From positions 4,160,001-4,224,000 of the forward strand of contig OY761556.1 of assembly GCA_963664705.1 (NCBI GenBank): a stretch of DNA of 64,000 nt. Direction: 5' to 3'. Numbering within the stretch: position 1 is the first letter of the stretch; each line of letters opens with the position of its first letter. The position numbers and the translations under genes were made by a program. Below are positions 1 through 8,992 of this stretch, piece by piece. Source of the stretch: Acidobacteriota bacterium (lineage in GTDB: Bacteria > Acidobacteriota > UBA6911). The notes beneath the pieces are model-generated. The model worked only from the letters and a program-made list of their open reading frames with translations. It had not been told where the DNA came from and did not search any database.

Positions 1-1394
1 GCCGGCTATTCGGTAAAGCTCTCTGACCTTCTGATGATCGGATTCTTCCCTGCGCAAAAGATATCGCTGAATGTAAAAGTACAGCCTTTCCGGTGCAGCC
101 ATAACTGCGCCCCCGGATTGCATTGCTTTTTCCGCCCGCTGCGCCAGATCCGCCGACTTTTTGGCATCAAACGGTTTGATTATGCGAGCCAAATGCATGA
201 ACAAACCCGCGCCGGCGCAGGTTGCACGGTCGTCGAGTTTTACAGTCCCATATTTCTTGTTGTCCTGATCGAGGGGCGCTGCAAAGGGTTCCGCGTATCC
301 TCGAGTCTCCGTTCCGAAATGGATGCTTCCATCATCAGTCTGCAAATACTCCCATGCCAGGCTCCCCCATGCGGCTTCATCGATAACGTCCGGAATCCCA
401 TTGGTATAGCCCAGAATGTTATAGTCGGCGTCAAATTTTCCAGGGATATCGAATTGGCCATCCGTGAAATAGCGAGGGAATGCTTCATAAACCATCAGAT
501 TGATGATCGGGTTGGCCATGTGGAAAGCTCGCCGATCGGCATCGCCCGCATCGTGGTAGCCTCCATACATGCGGAATGTTTTTTCGTCTCCTTTTACGTC
601 AATATTTGCTTCGCCGATCGGTCCGTTCACATCGTAAATCAGCGTATGGCACGGCTTCTTCCGAATATCGGGCTTGCGTATCGGGCAACCGCAACGCTGC
701 AAGTACTGGGCTCTAAAAAGAGTGTATGCCAGCTTTTTGGAAAACTGGCTACCCACGCCGAAGGGATAAGAACTGCCATATCCTTTGACAGTAATCCGGT
801 ACGGTCCCCCTTCAGGAACGCCCGCCAGATTGATGCGATATACAAAGTCGCCCGAACCTGCATCCGCACCAATTTCCTCCAGGTTTCTGTTGCTACTGCC
901 TTTCCGGTTTGGACATTCCACACCTCATACGCAGGCAGTGCCCCTTCGATTTTGCCGGATCCTCCGGTTCCAAGCCAAATGGCAAAATTGGCATACCTGC
1001 GCGTGGATTTCGCACTATACCCCACTTGATTGGTTTTGATGGCTTCGCAGAATATTTCCCTCTCGCGAAAATCAAAATCCCTATCTCCATAGGGCGTTTC
1101 CACCCGGTATCGCTTGCCTTCCTGTAGCTTGGAGGTTTTCAGGTAAATTCGGTGGTCGAAGAGGTCTGCGCTGGTTGAATATCTTTCGATTCCGGATACC
1201 GGCTCCCCATTGATCTTCCACCGGGAAAGGTCTTCGATGTCTATGGCATTTGCGTCACGAGAGTCCCCCGCTATGAACACCACCAGCACATTATCGGAAG
1301 CGGAGCAGATTTCTTTTAACGATGGACGCGCGGACATGCTCAGGAATCCGCAAAATAATGCCAGAACAGTAAAAAGGAGTACTTTTTTAACCAT
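1..1394 (-). pseudogene. Secreted glycoside hydrolase family 9 (cellulase-like) with a 1-nt frameshift near 888; continues beyond the left window edge
   Basis: ORF 639..1394 has a signal peptide and the Ig-like-domain TNQVGY motif. After ...GKAVAT the protein-like reading continues in another frame (NLEEIGADAGSGDFVYRINL...), contains the GH9 catalytic motif GGYHDAGD (541-564) and stays open to position 1. Confidence 0.8.
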
Positions 1395-1827
1395 AGATCA
1401 ATCCTTGCATCCTATATGAGTAATAGAGACACAGCTCAATCCCTTGCGCTAGCGCTGCCCTCTTGACTTTTGTTGGGCGATTTTACCGCTGTATAGGTCA
1501 AATTGATGAAGAAAACTCCGCGAAGTAGAGCGTCCGGCCTAATACCGCAGGTCCTTTACACAGCAAAGATCTCTGTCAGAAGTTCCCATACCCCAAAGCC
1601 GCCGGCCACGAACCCTCTGCAAAATACCTTTCCGGGCACTGGTCAGCAGGGATTCGGAAATACGTGGGTAGCGGTTGGAACAATTTCCAAGTAAGAATCC
1701 TCAATATTATTACTAATTTCCTATTGAATATATTTCATGACATTTCTTTCTTTTCTTTGTCATTGTTTACAATTGAAGTTATTGTAATTAAATGCTTTAT
1801 CGTTTTGTCCCAGCAGATTGTATCGCA

Positions 1828-1856
1828 TTGACATTCAAATTTATTATTGTTATAAA
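1828..1856 (+). promoter_or_regulatory. Sigma70-type promoter (TTGACA-N17-TATAAA, extended -10 TG)
   Basis: TTGACA at 1828-1833, 17-nt spacer, TGnTATAAA ending at 1856, in AT-rich intergenic DNA upstream of the 1995 CDS. Confidence 0.6.
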
Positions 1857-1994
1857 ATGCGGCTTCTTACAACAAAAGAGCATGCCTTTATGGTACTGGT
1901 TTCGGGACTGCCCCTTGTGTCGGCAACGTTTTCCCTATGCAAACAACCATGGTATCCACGCATGGCATGCAACAACAAAAGGTGGACACTCATT

Positions 1995-3074
1995 ATGAAA
2001 ATTCGGCTTCTTTTGATCCTCGCATTTCTGACCAGTGGAACTGCAAATTCGCAAGTTCTTAATCCACAAAAGGATTTGGCTTTCGGCCAGTTGGCCGCGG
2101 GCGGTGGCTATGAAACTGTCCTTATTGTCACCAATCGCGGTATCAGCAGCTATTCCGGCATCATGAAGCTATACCAGAATAGCGGAAAGCCGTGGAATCC
2201 TCTGATCAATGGGGTCACGCCTTCAAGCGGAAAACTGCCGGTTTCCTTATCTTCCGGAGAGACAAAATCGTACAAGATAACATTGCCGGGAGGCGTGGAA
2301 GCAGGGTTTGCCATCATTGTTGCGGACACAATGGATCAGAAGTCTTTCATCGAAGGCAATCTCACCTATTACGTACATTCTGCAGGCACCATCTCTGAAA
2401 GCGTAGGAATATCGCCTTCATCCGAGTTCTATCGCGCTACCCTGACATCGGATGACATGTCTACCCTGGCGATGGCGTTGGTAAACCTGAATGCAACACC
2501 GGCCGTGATTACACTAAAGGCCTATAGCGAAGCGAATACGCCGCTGGGTAGTCCGGTTACACTTCCCGATCTGGGGCCCAACTATCACATGGCAGAATAT
2601 ATCTGGCAAAGAATTGCCGAAATTAAGGGGATGCGCGGCCGGGTTGAGATACAATCCAATGTTCCTATCATGGGAATCGCTATTACGGATATCAATGGAT
2701 TGTTCTCCTCGCTGCCTTTGAGCGCGGCACCCTGTTCCTATGATTTTTCCACGACCATCAGCGGCATTCCGCTGAACGGCGAATTGGGCATGTGGATTGA
2801 GGGCCCCTACATCAAAGGGTATTTAAGAGTCACCCATGCCAATAATGCTCCGTTAAGCCCTCCTGGAACTTTCCTTTTCCATGGAGTATATGCCAATGGT
2901 ATTCTCCGGGCTGGCGGCGTCGGTCAACTGGCTATTCTTGGAAACGTGGACCTTGAAGTCTTCGCGGAATTGAAGAATTTTTCGCTTTCTACCACAGCTG
3001 CAAGCGGAACCATAAGGGTAACGGCCAATGGTCAATCCGAAACCAATGCGGCCACCTTTACTAAAGTATTTTAA
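1995..3074 (+). CDS. Secreted hypothetical protein (beta-rich, Acidobacteria-type QLAAGGGY.T domain)
   Basis: ATG at 1995 is in frame with ORF 1818..3074 and is followed by signal peptide MKIRLLLILAFLTSGTANSQ. Confidence 0.75.
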   Translation: MKIRLLLILAFLTSGTANSQVLNPQKDLAFGQLAAGGGYETVLIVTNRGISSYSGIMKLYQNSGKPWNPLINGVTPSSGKLPVSLSSGETKSYKITLPGGVEAGFAIIVADTMDQKSFIEGNLTYYVHSAGTISESVGISPSSEFYRATLTSDDMSTLAMALVNLNATPAVITLKAYSEANTPLGSPVTLPDLGPNYHMAEYIWQRIAEIKGMRGRVEIQSNVPIMGIAITDINGLFSSLPLSAAPCSYDFSTTISGIPLNGELGMWIEGPYIKGYLRVTHANNAPLSPPGTFLFHGVYANGILRAGGVGQLAILGNVDLEVFAELKNFSLSTTAASGTIRVTANGQSETNAATFTKVF

Positions 3075-3161
3075 GGAATATCGGACACATCCGTTTGGTC
3101 ACAGGCAATCTTGAGATTCTGCGGGCTAAAGCTGCCGCAATGGTGCTGTCCCACTCCCAAG

Positions 3162-6100
3162 TTACGGACGTGAGGTGTACCAGTGCGGCGCAAGCGGCGC
3201 AATCTCCCGCAACGAGCGGTAGAGATTTCCGAGTTTGTCTACCGCAACGCGCTTGCCGTCGATGGAGATGAAAATTTCGTCTCCATTGTGCGACTCCCCC
3301 ATGCGGAACGATTTCGCCTCAAGGAATTCGGTCATCTTGAGTCCGTGGATCCGGAGCTGGAGATCGTTATACAGTTCTTCGGACCCCATAGCCTTGCATC
3401 TGTCGCAAATGCAAACGCGCAGCTGGTGTACTACAAAAGCGGAATCCTGCGCATTTCGCAATTTCCCTTCCGGTCCTGTGCGGAAAGGAGCGTAGTGGGT
3501 GTGCAAAAGCTCATGTGCCCGCGGCGAATTTGGAGCTTCGTAATAATCCGTATACAGCTTCAGTATGTCGGGATTTTCGTGAGAACGTCGAAGCGATGAC
3601 TGATTGTCAATGGTAACCAGAACATTTTGGCGTTCGCTGAGAGCGCCTGTCTTCTCGGGAATGGGATGGCCGGCGCCACAGATGCAGCCTCCGGGACAGG
3701 CCATTACTTCGATAAGGTCATAGCCGCAATCCTCGCCTCCGAGAACGCGCTCAATAATCGGCTCCACATTGTGAAGTCCCGAAACAACAGCCACACGAAT
3801 CTTCGCATCCCCCGCTTCCACCAGTGCTTCCTTCACGCCGGCAAACCCTCGGACTTCCTCGAAGACCGGTCCTTCAGGTCGAGGTTCGCCGGTCAGTTTC
3901 TCAAAGGCCATCCGGAGCGTTGCCTCGGAAACGCCACCGGAGGCTCCAAACAGAACGCCCGCGGAAGAAACCCGGCGATAGGGGTCGTCGAATTCGCAGG
4001 GTTGAACACTACCAGGATCGATCCGCGTCAACCGGATCATATCGAGCATTTCAGTGGTAGTAAGGACCGCATTGACATCCCGAATGCCGCCCGGTGCGTA
4101 TTCCGCGCGTGCCGCTTCAACCTTTTTGGCAAGACAGGGAACGATCGATACGACATACAGCTTTTCGCGCGGTATTCCGACTAGCCCGGCAAAATGGTTC
4201 TTCACCGTCGCGCCCATCATCTGCTGCGGAGACCGGCAACTCGAAAGATGCGGAATAAGGCCTGGATACCGGCGTTCCACAAAGTTGACCCAGGCGGGGC
4301 AACACGAGGTGAATTGCGGTAATCGCTCGTTTGAATGAATCCGCCCGAGAAACTCGGTCGTTTCCTCCACGATGGTCAAATCCGCAGCAAAGGAGAAATC
4401 AAATATCTTATCAAAGCCAAGCGCCCGCATCAGTCCGGCCATGTAAGGCGCGGCCGCTTCGGGAGAAACGCCGAAAGTCTGGGTGATCACGGAGCGCACC
4501 GCCGGCGCCACGAAGCCGACAACGGTGAGATCCGGGTCATTGATGGCACGAAAAACGTGTCCCTTCTCCCTGCGATATTCCAAGGCTCCGCAGGGGCAGG
4601 AGTTGACACACTGGCCGCAGGAAACACAATCGGTCTCGCGCAGCGGCAAACCGCTCTTGGTCCCGACCAGCTGGCGCCCTTTTTTATAGTGCATCGCGAG
4701 CACATCCGGGCCTTCGATCTCAGCGCATGCCGCCACGCACCGACCGCAGGAAATGCATTTATTGTGATCGCGAATGATGAACGGATGATCGTGAACGAGC
4801 GGCAGACTCGGACGCTCATGCATCGGTTTTACGTATTGGATTCCATGCGAGCGCGCCTCTTTGCGCAGAGTACAGGAATAGCGCTCACTACAGCCGCAGC
4901 GGAGGCAGCGTTTCGCTTCCTCCCGGACTACTGCTTCAGTCAGACCCAGTTCCACCTCTCTGAAATCCAAAAGCCGCGCTTCATCCTCGATGGTGCGCAT
5001 CGGTGCGCGCTGCATTCGCGGCATCTCTTCGAATTCCCAGCGCGGAAGATCTTCGAGCGTGCCCCGGCTGCAACAGTAATTCGTATTTTCCTCGCGAACA
5101 TATCCCTTGGTGAGGAACGAGTTTATGGCTTCAGCGGCGCGCCTCCCGGCTCCGACAGCCTGGATTACGGTGGCCGGGCCCGTTACGCAATCCCCCCCCG
5201 CGAATATTTTGTCGCCCGAACTCTGGGAGGTTTTTTGATTTACTTCAATATCGCCCCATTTGTTCAAACGCACCGGGAAATCATTGTAGAGAAAAAGCGT
5301 ATTCGTGCTTTGACCCACAGCGCCGATGACGGAGTCCGCTTCCAGAAGGAATTCCGACCCTTCAACCGGAACCGGTCTCTGGCGGCCGGAACGATCTTTT
5401 TCTCCTAAAGACATTTTGATGCAATGAACTTCCTTTTTCCCGGCACTGTTCTGCGTGATCCGCACGGGAGCCGCCAGAAATACCATCTCAATGCCCTCGC
5501 GGAGTGCCTCTCGGACTTCGAATTCCTCTGCCGGCATTTGCGCATGCGTACGGCGATAGACAAGCTTCACTTTCTGGGCGCCCCGGCGCAACGCGGTGCG
5601 CGCACAGTCAATGGCCGTGTTCCCGCCCCCCAGAACGATAACCGTCTCGCCGGGATGCGCATCGATGCCTTTGGTGACCTGTTCGAGATAGTGAATGCCG
5701 AGTCGCACACCCTCGAGGTTTTCTCCTTCAATCTGCAGCGGAGACGCACGCCAGGAACCCAGTGCAAGATAGACGGCATCGAAATCGCGCTGGAGGTCCT
5801 CCAGACGCAGATGCGTGCCAAGAGCTTTCCCGGTGACAATATGCACGCCGAGGCTGCGAATAATATCGATTTCTCTGTCCAGCGTTGCTTTCGGAAGTCG
5901 ATATTCGGGGATGCCATACCGCATCATCCCCCCTGGTTGAGGCTGACGTTCAAAAACAATGACGTCATGCCCATTGAGCGCAGAATAGTAAGCCGCCGAG
6001 AGACCCGATGGCCCCGCACCGACAACGGCAACCTTTTTGCCGCTCGGATCGGCCTTTCGCGGCGTCCAAGGAGCCTGTTGAGCCATGTCCCAGTCAGCCA

Positions 6101-6638
6101 CAAACCGTTTGACGTGGTTGATGGCGACCGGCGTATCCACAAGATTGCGGCGGCAGGAGGCTTCGCATGGGTGCGGGCAGACCCGGCCGCAAACCGATGG
6201 AAAAGGGTTACGGTCTTTGATCACTTTAAGAGCGGTTTCGTAATTCCCGTTGCTCACCTGACGCAGATAGCTCTGAATATCAATATTGGCCGGGCATGTC
6301 ATCACACAGGGAGCCACACAATCTGCATTGTGATCCGACAGAAGCTGTTCAAGCCGGATCTTCCGATAGGTTTCCAGTTTGGCACCCGTTGTCTTGATAG
6401 TCATGCCCGGAAGAATCGGAGTCTGGCAGGCTTTGACCTCCCTGCCATCAGGGCCCAGTTCCACTACACACAAGCCACAGTTGCCATTGGAACGTTCGAC
6501 GCGGATATCGTAACAGAGGTGCGGCACGTGGATATTCTCCTGAAGCAGCGCCTGAAGAATAGTGAGTCCTTCATAAACCTGTGTTTCCCGATCGTTGATG
6601 GTGACCGTAATCCGTTTTTTCGCGTCGAGCTGAACCAT
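3162..6638 (-). CDS. hydA: Monomeric [FeFe]-hydrogenase fused to a GltD-like FAD/NAD(P)H oxidoreductase domain
   Basis: N-terminal 2Fe-2S domain; GltD motifs (CGRVCPHPCE, GAGPSG, GGGNTAID, YRRT); 2x[4Fe-4S] ferredoxin; H-cluster motifs TSCCPAW, VPCLAKKVE, EVMACPGGCICGAG. Confidence 0.92.
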   Translation of the reverse strand: MVQLDAKKRITVTINDRETQVYEGLTILQALLQENIHVPHLCYDIRVERSNGNCGLCVVELGPDGREVKACQTPILPGMTIKTTGAKLETYRKIRLEQLLSDHNADCVAPCVMTCPANIDIQSYLRQVSNGNYETALKVIKDRNPFPSVCGRVCPHPCEASCRRNLVDTPVAINHVKRFVADWDMAQQAPWTPRKADPSGKKVAVVGAGPSGLSAAYYSALNGHDVIVFERQPQPGGMMRYGIPEYRLPKATLDREIDIIRSLGVHIVTGKALGTHLRLEDLQRDFDAVYLALGSWRASPLQIEGENLEGVRLGIHYLEQVTKGIDAHPGETVIVLGGGNTAIDCARTALRRGAQKVKLVYRRTHAQMPAEEFEVREALREGIEMVFLAAPVRITQNSAGKKEVHCIKMSLGEKDRSGRQRPVPVEGSEFLLEADSVIGAVGQSTNTLFLYNDFPVRLNKWGDIEVNQKTSQSSGDKIFAGGDCVTGPATVIQAVGAGRRAAEAINSFLTKGYVREENTNYCCSRGTLEDLPRWEFEEMPRMQRAPMRTIEDEARLLDFREVELGLTEAVVREEAKRCLRCGCSERYSCTLRKEARSHGIQYVKPMHERPSLPLVHDHPFIIRDHNKCISCGRCVAACAEIEGPDVLAMHYKKGRQLVGTKSGLPLRETDCVSCGQCVNSCPCGALEYRREKGHVFRAINDPDLTVVGFVAPAVRSVITQTFGVSPEAAAPYMAGLMRALGFDKIFDFSFAADLTIVEETTEFLGRIHSNERLPQFTSCCPAWVNFVERRYPGLIPHLSSCRSPQQMMGATVKNHFAGLVGIPREKLYVVSIVPCLAKKVEAARAEYAPGGIRDVNAVLTTTEMLDMIRLTRIDPGSVQPCEFDDPYRRVSSAGVLFGASGGVSEATLRMAFEKLTGEPRPEGPVFEEVRGFAGVKEALVEAGDAKIRVAVVSGLHNVEPIIERVLGGEDCGYDLIEVMACPGGCICGAGHPIPEKTGALSERQNVLVTIDNQSSLRRSHENPDILKLYTDYYEAPNSPRAHELLHTHYAPFRTGPEGKLRNAQDSAFVVHQLRVCICDRCKAMGSEELYNDLQLRIHGLKMTEFLEAKSFRMGESHNGDEIFISIDGKRVAVDKLGNLYRSLREIAPLAPHWYTSRP

Positions 6639-6711
6639 TGATTCTCTCCAAATCCGTTTTATCAGAAGACTTTTCGCTTATCGGCGGCAAAGCCTTTTCA
6701 AACCAGAGAAG

Positions 6712-6771
6712 AATCTAGCGCCAAAAGAGGCAATGTTCAACTACTCTGTGTATGAATACACAGAATAGTTG
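6712..6771 (-). promoter_or_regulatory. hydA promoter (TTGAAC-N17-TAGATT) with an adjacent 16-2-16 operator palindrome
   Basis: -35 at 6740-6735 and -10 at 6717-6712. Palindrome CAACTACTCTGTGTAT-GA-ATACACAGAATAGTTG at 6738-6771 has 1 mismatch. Confidence 0.6.
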
Positions 6772-7093
6772 CTAAATAGCATAATGACCGTGATTTAAGT
6801 AACAATGCATACAATTTCCTTATATCCTACTAACAATAAAAGAGATATTGGAAACCATTGCTCGCTGACAACCCAATCTTGGACGGAGGAAATGCAGTAT
6901 TCGGCCAATCCGGGCTTCTGGCCGTCGAAATTCATGAGAATGGGATCGAAGCAACCGTTGCTTTCTGATCGCCCCCTACCGGGTCCCTCCGGGGCTGATA
7001 TGCATTACGATTCCAAGCTCCCGAGCAAATATTATGCGGAATTGGGCGAGGCGCGATTTTATGACGAGGAAGATGAATGATCTCTCGGCAGGA

Positions 7094-8992
7094 TTAGGGC
7101 ATAAGTTCCAGCTCGGTTGCAGCATCGGCCAATTTCCCGCCATTTGAATCGGCAAGTTCCAGAACCAGCCGATATTTTCCTGCACCGACCGCTGTCAAAG
7201 GCAGATTGATAGCCACGGCAGCCATATCCCTCCCGACCAGCACGGAGTTCCGCCTCAGGGAAACCAGATCAAGAACCCGTTGACTGCCCTTTTCATCGAC
7301 AAGCCTGGGCCTTGCAACCAAATCCAGGGAAGCCATCCCGCCAGGCAGGTTGTAGATTCTGAAGTAAACCGCGGCCGTCCCCTTTGCCCTCAGCCTATTT
7401 TCTATGCAAGGACTGATCTGCATCCCGGCATAAACAAGGGGATCGCTTTCATCCAGCATTTCAGTCTGCAGATTCCGGATCAATTCAGGCAACGGAGTGG
7501 CCTGCTCAGCCAATACCAGGCTGCTGATGCCGACGCCTTGACCGGGCACGGGGATTTCGAGCGACTGCTCCATCGACCCGATATTCCCGGAGCCGTCTGA
7601 AGCTGCAACTTTCAGCAGGTATTTTCCCGGGCGCAGTTTGAAGTAGTTGCTGTAAGGGAGAGCTCCTTTCCGAAACTCCGATCCCCTATCGATCTCAACG
7701 CGGACAGGAAGGGGTTCACTGAACCTGGCAGCCACGCTGCCATCCTCGCCATAGGCTGCGCCCATCACATTCAGATCCGCGGTCCATTGTCCGTCCTTCT
7801 TTTTCAGCGCGATTCCGCCCGTCTGGATTCGCGCTGAAACCAGGACTCTTGCGGAATTAGGCGTATCGAAGAAGTAGAATGGGCGGAAAGTCATGGGAAT
7901 TTGTGCCGCGGCCCCAGGATTGGCCAGTGCATTCAACAGTGATTGTTCCTGCCTGGAACTTGTCAAAACATCGACAGGACTTCGATCTTGATAGCCCGGC
8001 AAATATCTCAGGGACATTCCTTTGACATTTGTTTTTATTTCGAGCTTTCTATATGCGCCATCATGTTTGCGATCGCCGGATTGAAATCCCAGGATGTAGT
8101 AGTTGCTAAGCCGCAGGTCCAGCTTGTCCAGCTCTGCATCGATGTTGTTGGTGTTGGAAATAGCGTACCCGCCATCGCGAGTCAGGAAATCCAAATAATC
8201 TGTTCTCCATTTTTGGTCCACATCGCCTGAAGCAAGACCCACTGTATCGATCGTATAGTAGACAACGTTCGCCCGCCTCGCAGATTCAAGAGTTTTCCTG
8301 TTGCTCCCGGAGCGGGAGAATTGCATGCCATAGCCCAACACATTGGGATCGCTTTTATTGGGATTGAAATAGCGTGACTGCAAAAAGATCAGGATATTCT
8401 TTCTGCCCTTCAGATGAGCCAATGAGTAGTTGATTTGCTCGAGTGAGCTGTACAGATCGGCATATATCATTCCGGCTGAATTCGATGCGGCAAAAAGGCC
8501 GATAGCTGCTAATACTTTTTCTCTGTCTGTGGTCATGTTTTGCAGAATCTTCATGGAGGTACTAAACACGGCCACTCCAAACAAATCCTGGGGCCCCATG
8601 TGCTCTCGAACAAATCTCGCAGCTGACTCGCGCGACTTTTTTATATTTTCCGGAGCAATCAGAGCGTCATTGAATACAATCAATACGGTTTTACCTCGAT
8701 GTTGCTCGTCAACGATGATAGGAGATTTTGCCAGCGATGAAACTCCGGCGTCAGTCTTTACCTCATCAATACTAGCGATTTCCTGCTTCCTGCCTTCCTC
8801 GTAAACCTGGAAGTCCTCTCTCCGAAGACCCCCAACAGGCGTTCCGCTCTTATCCACGGCAGTGACTTCAACCGTTATCAGGTCGACGTCGACTCGAAAT
8901 TTCGATGAATTTTCAGTTTGGGCAGGGCTGCTCTGCATTTGTGCCGCCAACAGCCAGAAAGCCGCAAGAACCATCACCATTCGCTTTTTCAT
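7094..8992 (-). CDS. VWA domain protein (Acidobacterial VWFA-related family)
   Basis: Signal peptide; FRVDVDLITVEVTAVDKSG.PV.GL..EDF; YYILGF...DG.YRKLEIK...GY. Confidence 0.88.
   Translation of the reverse strand: MKKRMVMVLAAFWLLAAQMQSSPAQTENSSKFRVDVDLITVEVTAVDKSGTPVGGLRREDFQVYEEGRKQEIASIDEVKTDAGVSSLAKSPIIVDEQHRGKTVLIVFNDALIAPENIKKSRESAARFVREHMGPQDLFGVAVFSTSMKILQNMTTDREKVLAAIGLFAASNSAGMIYADLYSSLEQINYSLAHLKGRKNILIFLQSRYFNPNKSDPNVLGYGMQFSRSGSNRKTLESARRANVVYYTIDTVGLASGDVDQKWRTDYLDFLTRDGGYAISNTNNIDAELDKLDLRLSNYYILGFQSGDRKHDGAYRKLEIKTNVKGMSLRYLPGYQDRSPVDVLTSSRQEQSLLNALANPGAAAQIPMTFRPFYFFDTPNSARVLVSARIQTGGIALKKKDGQWTADLNVMGAAYGEDGSVAARFSEPLPVRVEIDRGSEFRKGALPYSNYFKLRPGKYLLKVAASDGSGNIGSMEQSLEIPVPGQGVGISSLVLAEQATPLPELIRNLQTEMLDESDPLVYAGMQISPCIENRLRAKGTAAVYFRIYNLPGGMASLDLVARPRLVDEKGSQRVLDLVSLRRNSVLVGRDMAAVAINLPLTAVGAGKYRLVLELADSNGGKLADAATELELMP

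Noticed and set aside
34-1029. 331-aa plus-strand ORF (and similar long ORFs at 4335-5408, 5424-6641, 18373-19665, 52658-54211)
   Set aside because: These are antisense shadows of well-supported genes on the opposite strand and have no motifs of their own.
1505-1560. TCCGGCCTAA segment reminiscent of a c-di-GMP-I riboswitch
   Set aside because: The GGCAAA and GACGCAAAG junction elements are missing; it would need an Infernal hit.
1767-1787. TTACAAT-N7-ATTGTAA palindrome
   Set aside because: Short and in very AT-rich DNA, so it could be chance; no cognate regulator nearby.
6892-7080. 62-aa ORF with a GGAGG RBS, divergent from hydA
   Set aside because: No recognisable motif; cannot be distinguished from a spurious ORF.
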